From NCBI RefSeq assembly GCF_006345805.1, contig NC_043014.1, positions 51,212,001 to 51,276,000 of the forward strand: 64,000 nt of DNA, given 5' to 3'. The translations under genes were made by a program, and so were the position numbers. Within the stretch, counting starts at the first letter, position 1. Every line of letters begins with the position of its first letter. The notes beneath the pieces are model-generated. The model saw only the letters and a program-made list of their open reading frames with translations, made no database searches and was not told the DNA's origin. Of this stretch, positions 63,505 through 64,000 are shown one piece after another. The stretch is from Octopus sinensis (taxonomy: Eukaryota).

Positions 63505-64000
63505 GTGTGTTTGTGACGCTGCAATGATGATTTCGAAGTGAATACTCCAATTTCGCGTTTTGATTTTCCTGTGCGACATCTTCAAACTTTAGCTTCTACC
63601 CTTGCCTAGGTGCTTCTAATTTTTCTGGGCCAAATTTGATATACAGACTTTGTACGCAAGCGCATTAGATGTACGTATTATTAGATGTTCGACGTAAGAT
63701 TGCAGAAGTGTGGCGTCACAGAAACACAGCTTTGTTGCTTTCCTTCATATTTTCATATCGTTTGTTTCAGTTTCCAAGGCTTTCTCTTGAAGGATTGACG
63801 ATTAAAATTTATTCCACGATAAACTCTGTCACATTTGCCCCATGACTTCAATCAAAGAAGTCAGAAATAAAATGAATGTGTGTGAATAAAGCACACGTTT
63901 GAAACGGCTGTAGGGAACTCTAAGCCATCCGTATTACTATATATATAATCCTGTTTATAAAGGTACCCCAGGGAAAGGGGCAGCCTATCTGTTTGTATAC

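Overview
AT-rich, microsatellite-saturated eukaryotic DNA, most likely an octopod cephalopod: the tRNA-derived SINEs resemble the CORE-type and Meta-type SINEs known from octopus and other molluscs. No rRNA, intact tRNA gene, CRISPR array or recognisable protein-coding gene was found, and nearly all ORFs in the supplied track are microsatellite or SINE read-through. The window is intergenic or intronic and made up of four kinds of sequence. (1) More than 30 SINE copies in at least four families. (2) Decayed LINE pieces: Tx1/L1-clade ORF1 and RT fragments, an RTE-like RT remnant and a triple-C2H2 LINE 3' end. (3) DNA-transposon derivatives: a mariner 5' end, a Merlin-like fold-back, two Tc2/pogo-like MITEs and a non-autonomous Helitron. 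(4) Several Penelope-type hammerhead ribozyme motifs and microsatellite-bounded tandem duplications, the largest 1697 bp. The most interesting signals are a possible Tx1 LINE / ORF1-only element / Meta-SINE system sharing one 3' tail, with young SINEs nesting into older ones, and at least three distinct hammerhead families, one with a non-canonical CUGUNGA core. A few low-confidence candidate exons were also seen. All alignments were done by eye, and repeat boundaries are approximate unless a target-site duplication (TSD) is given.
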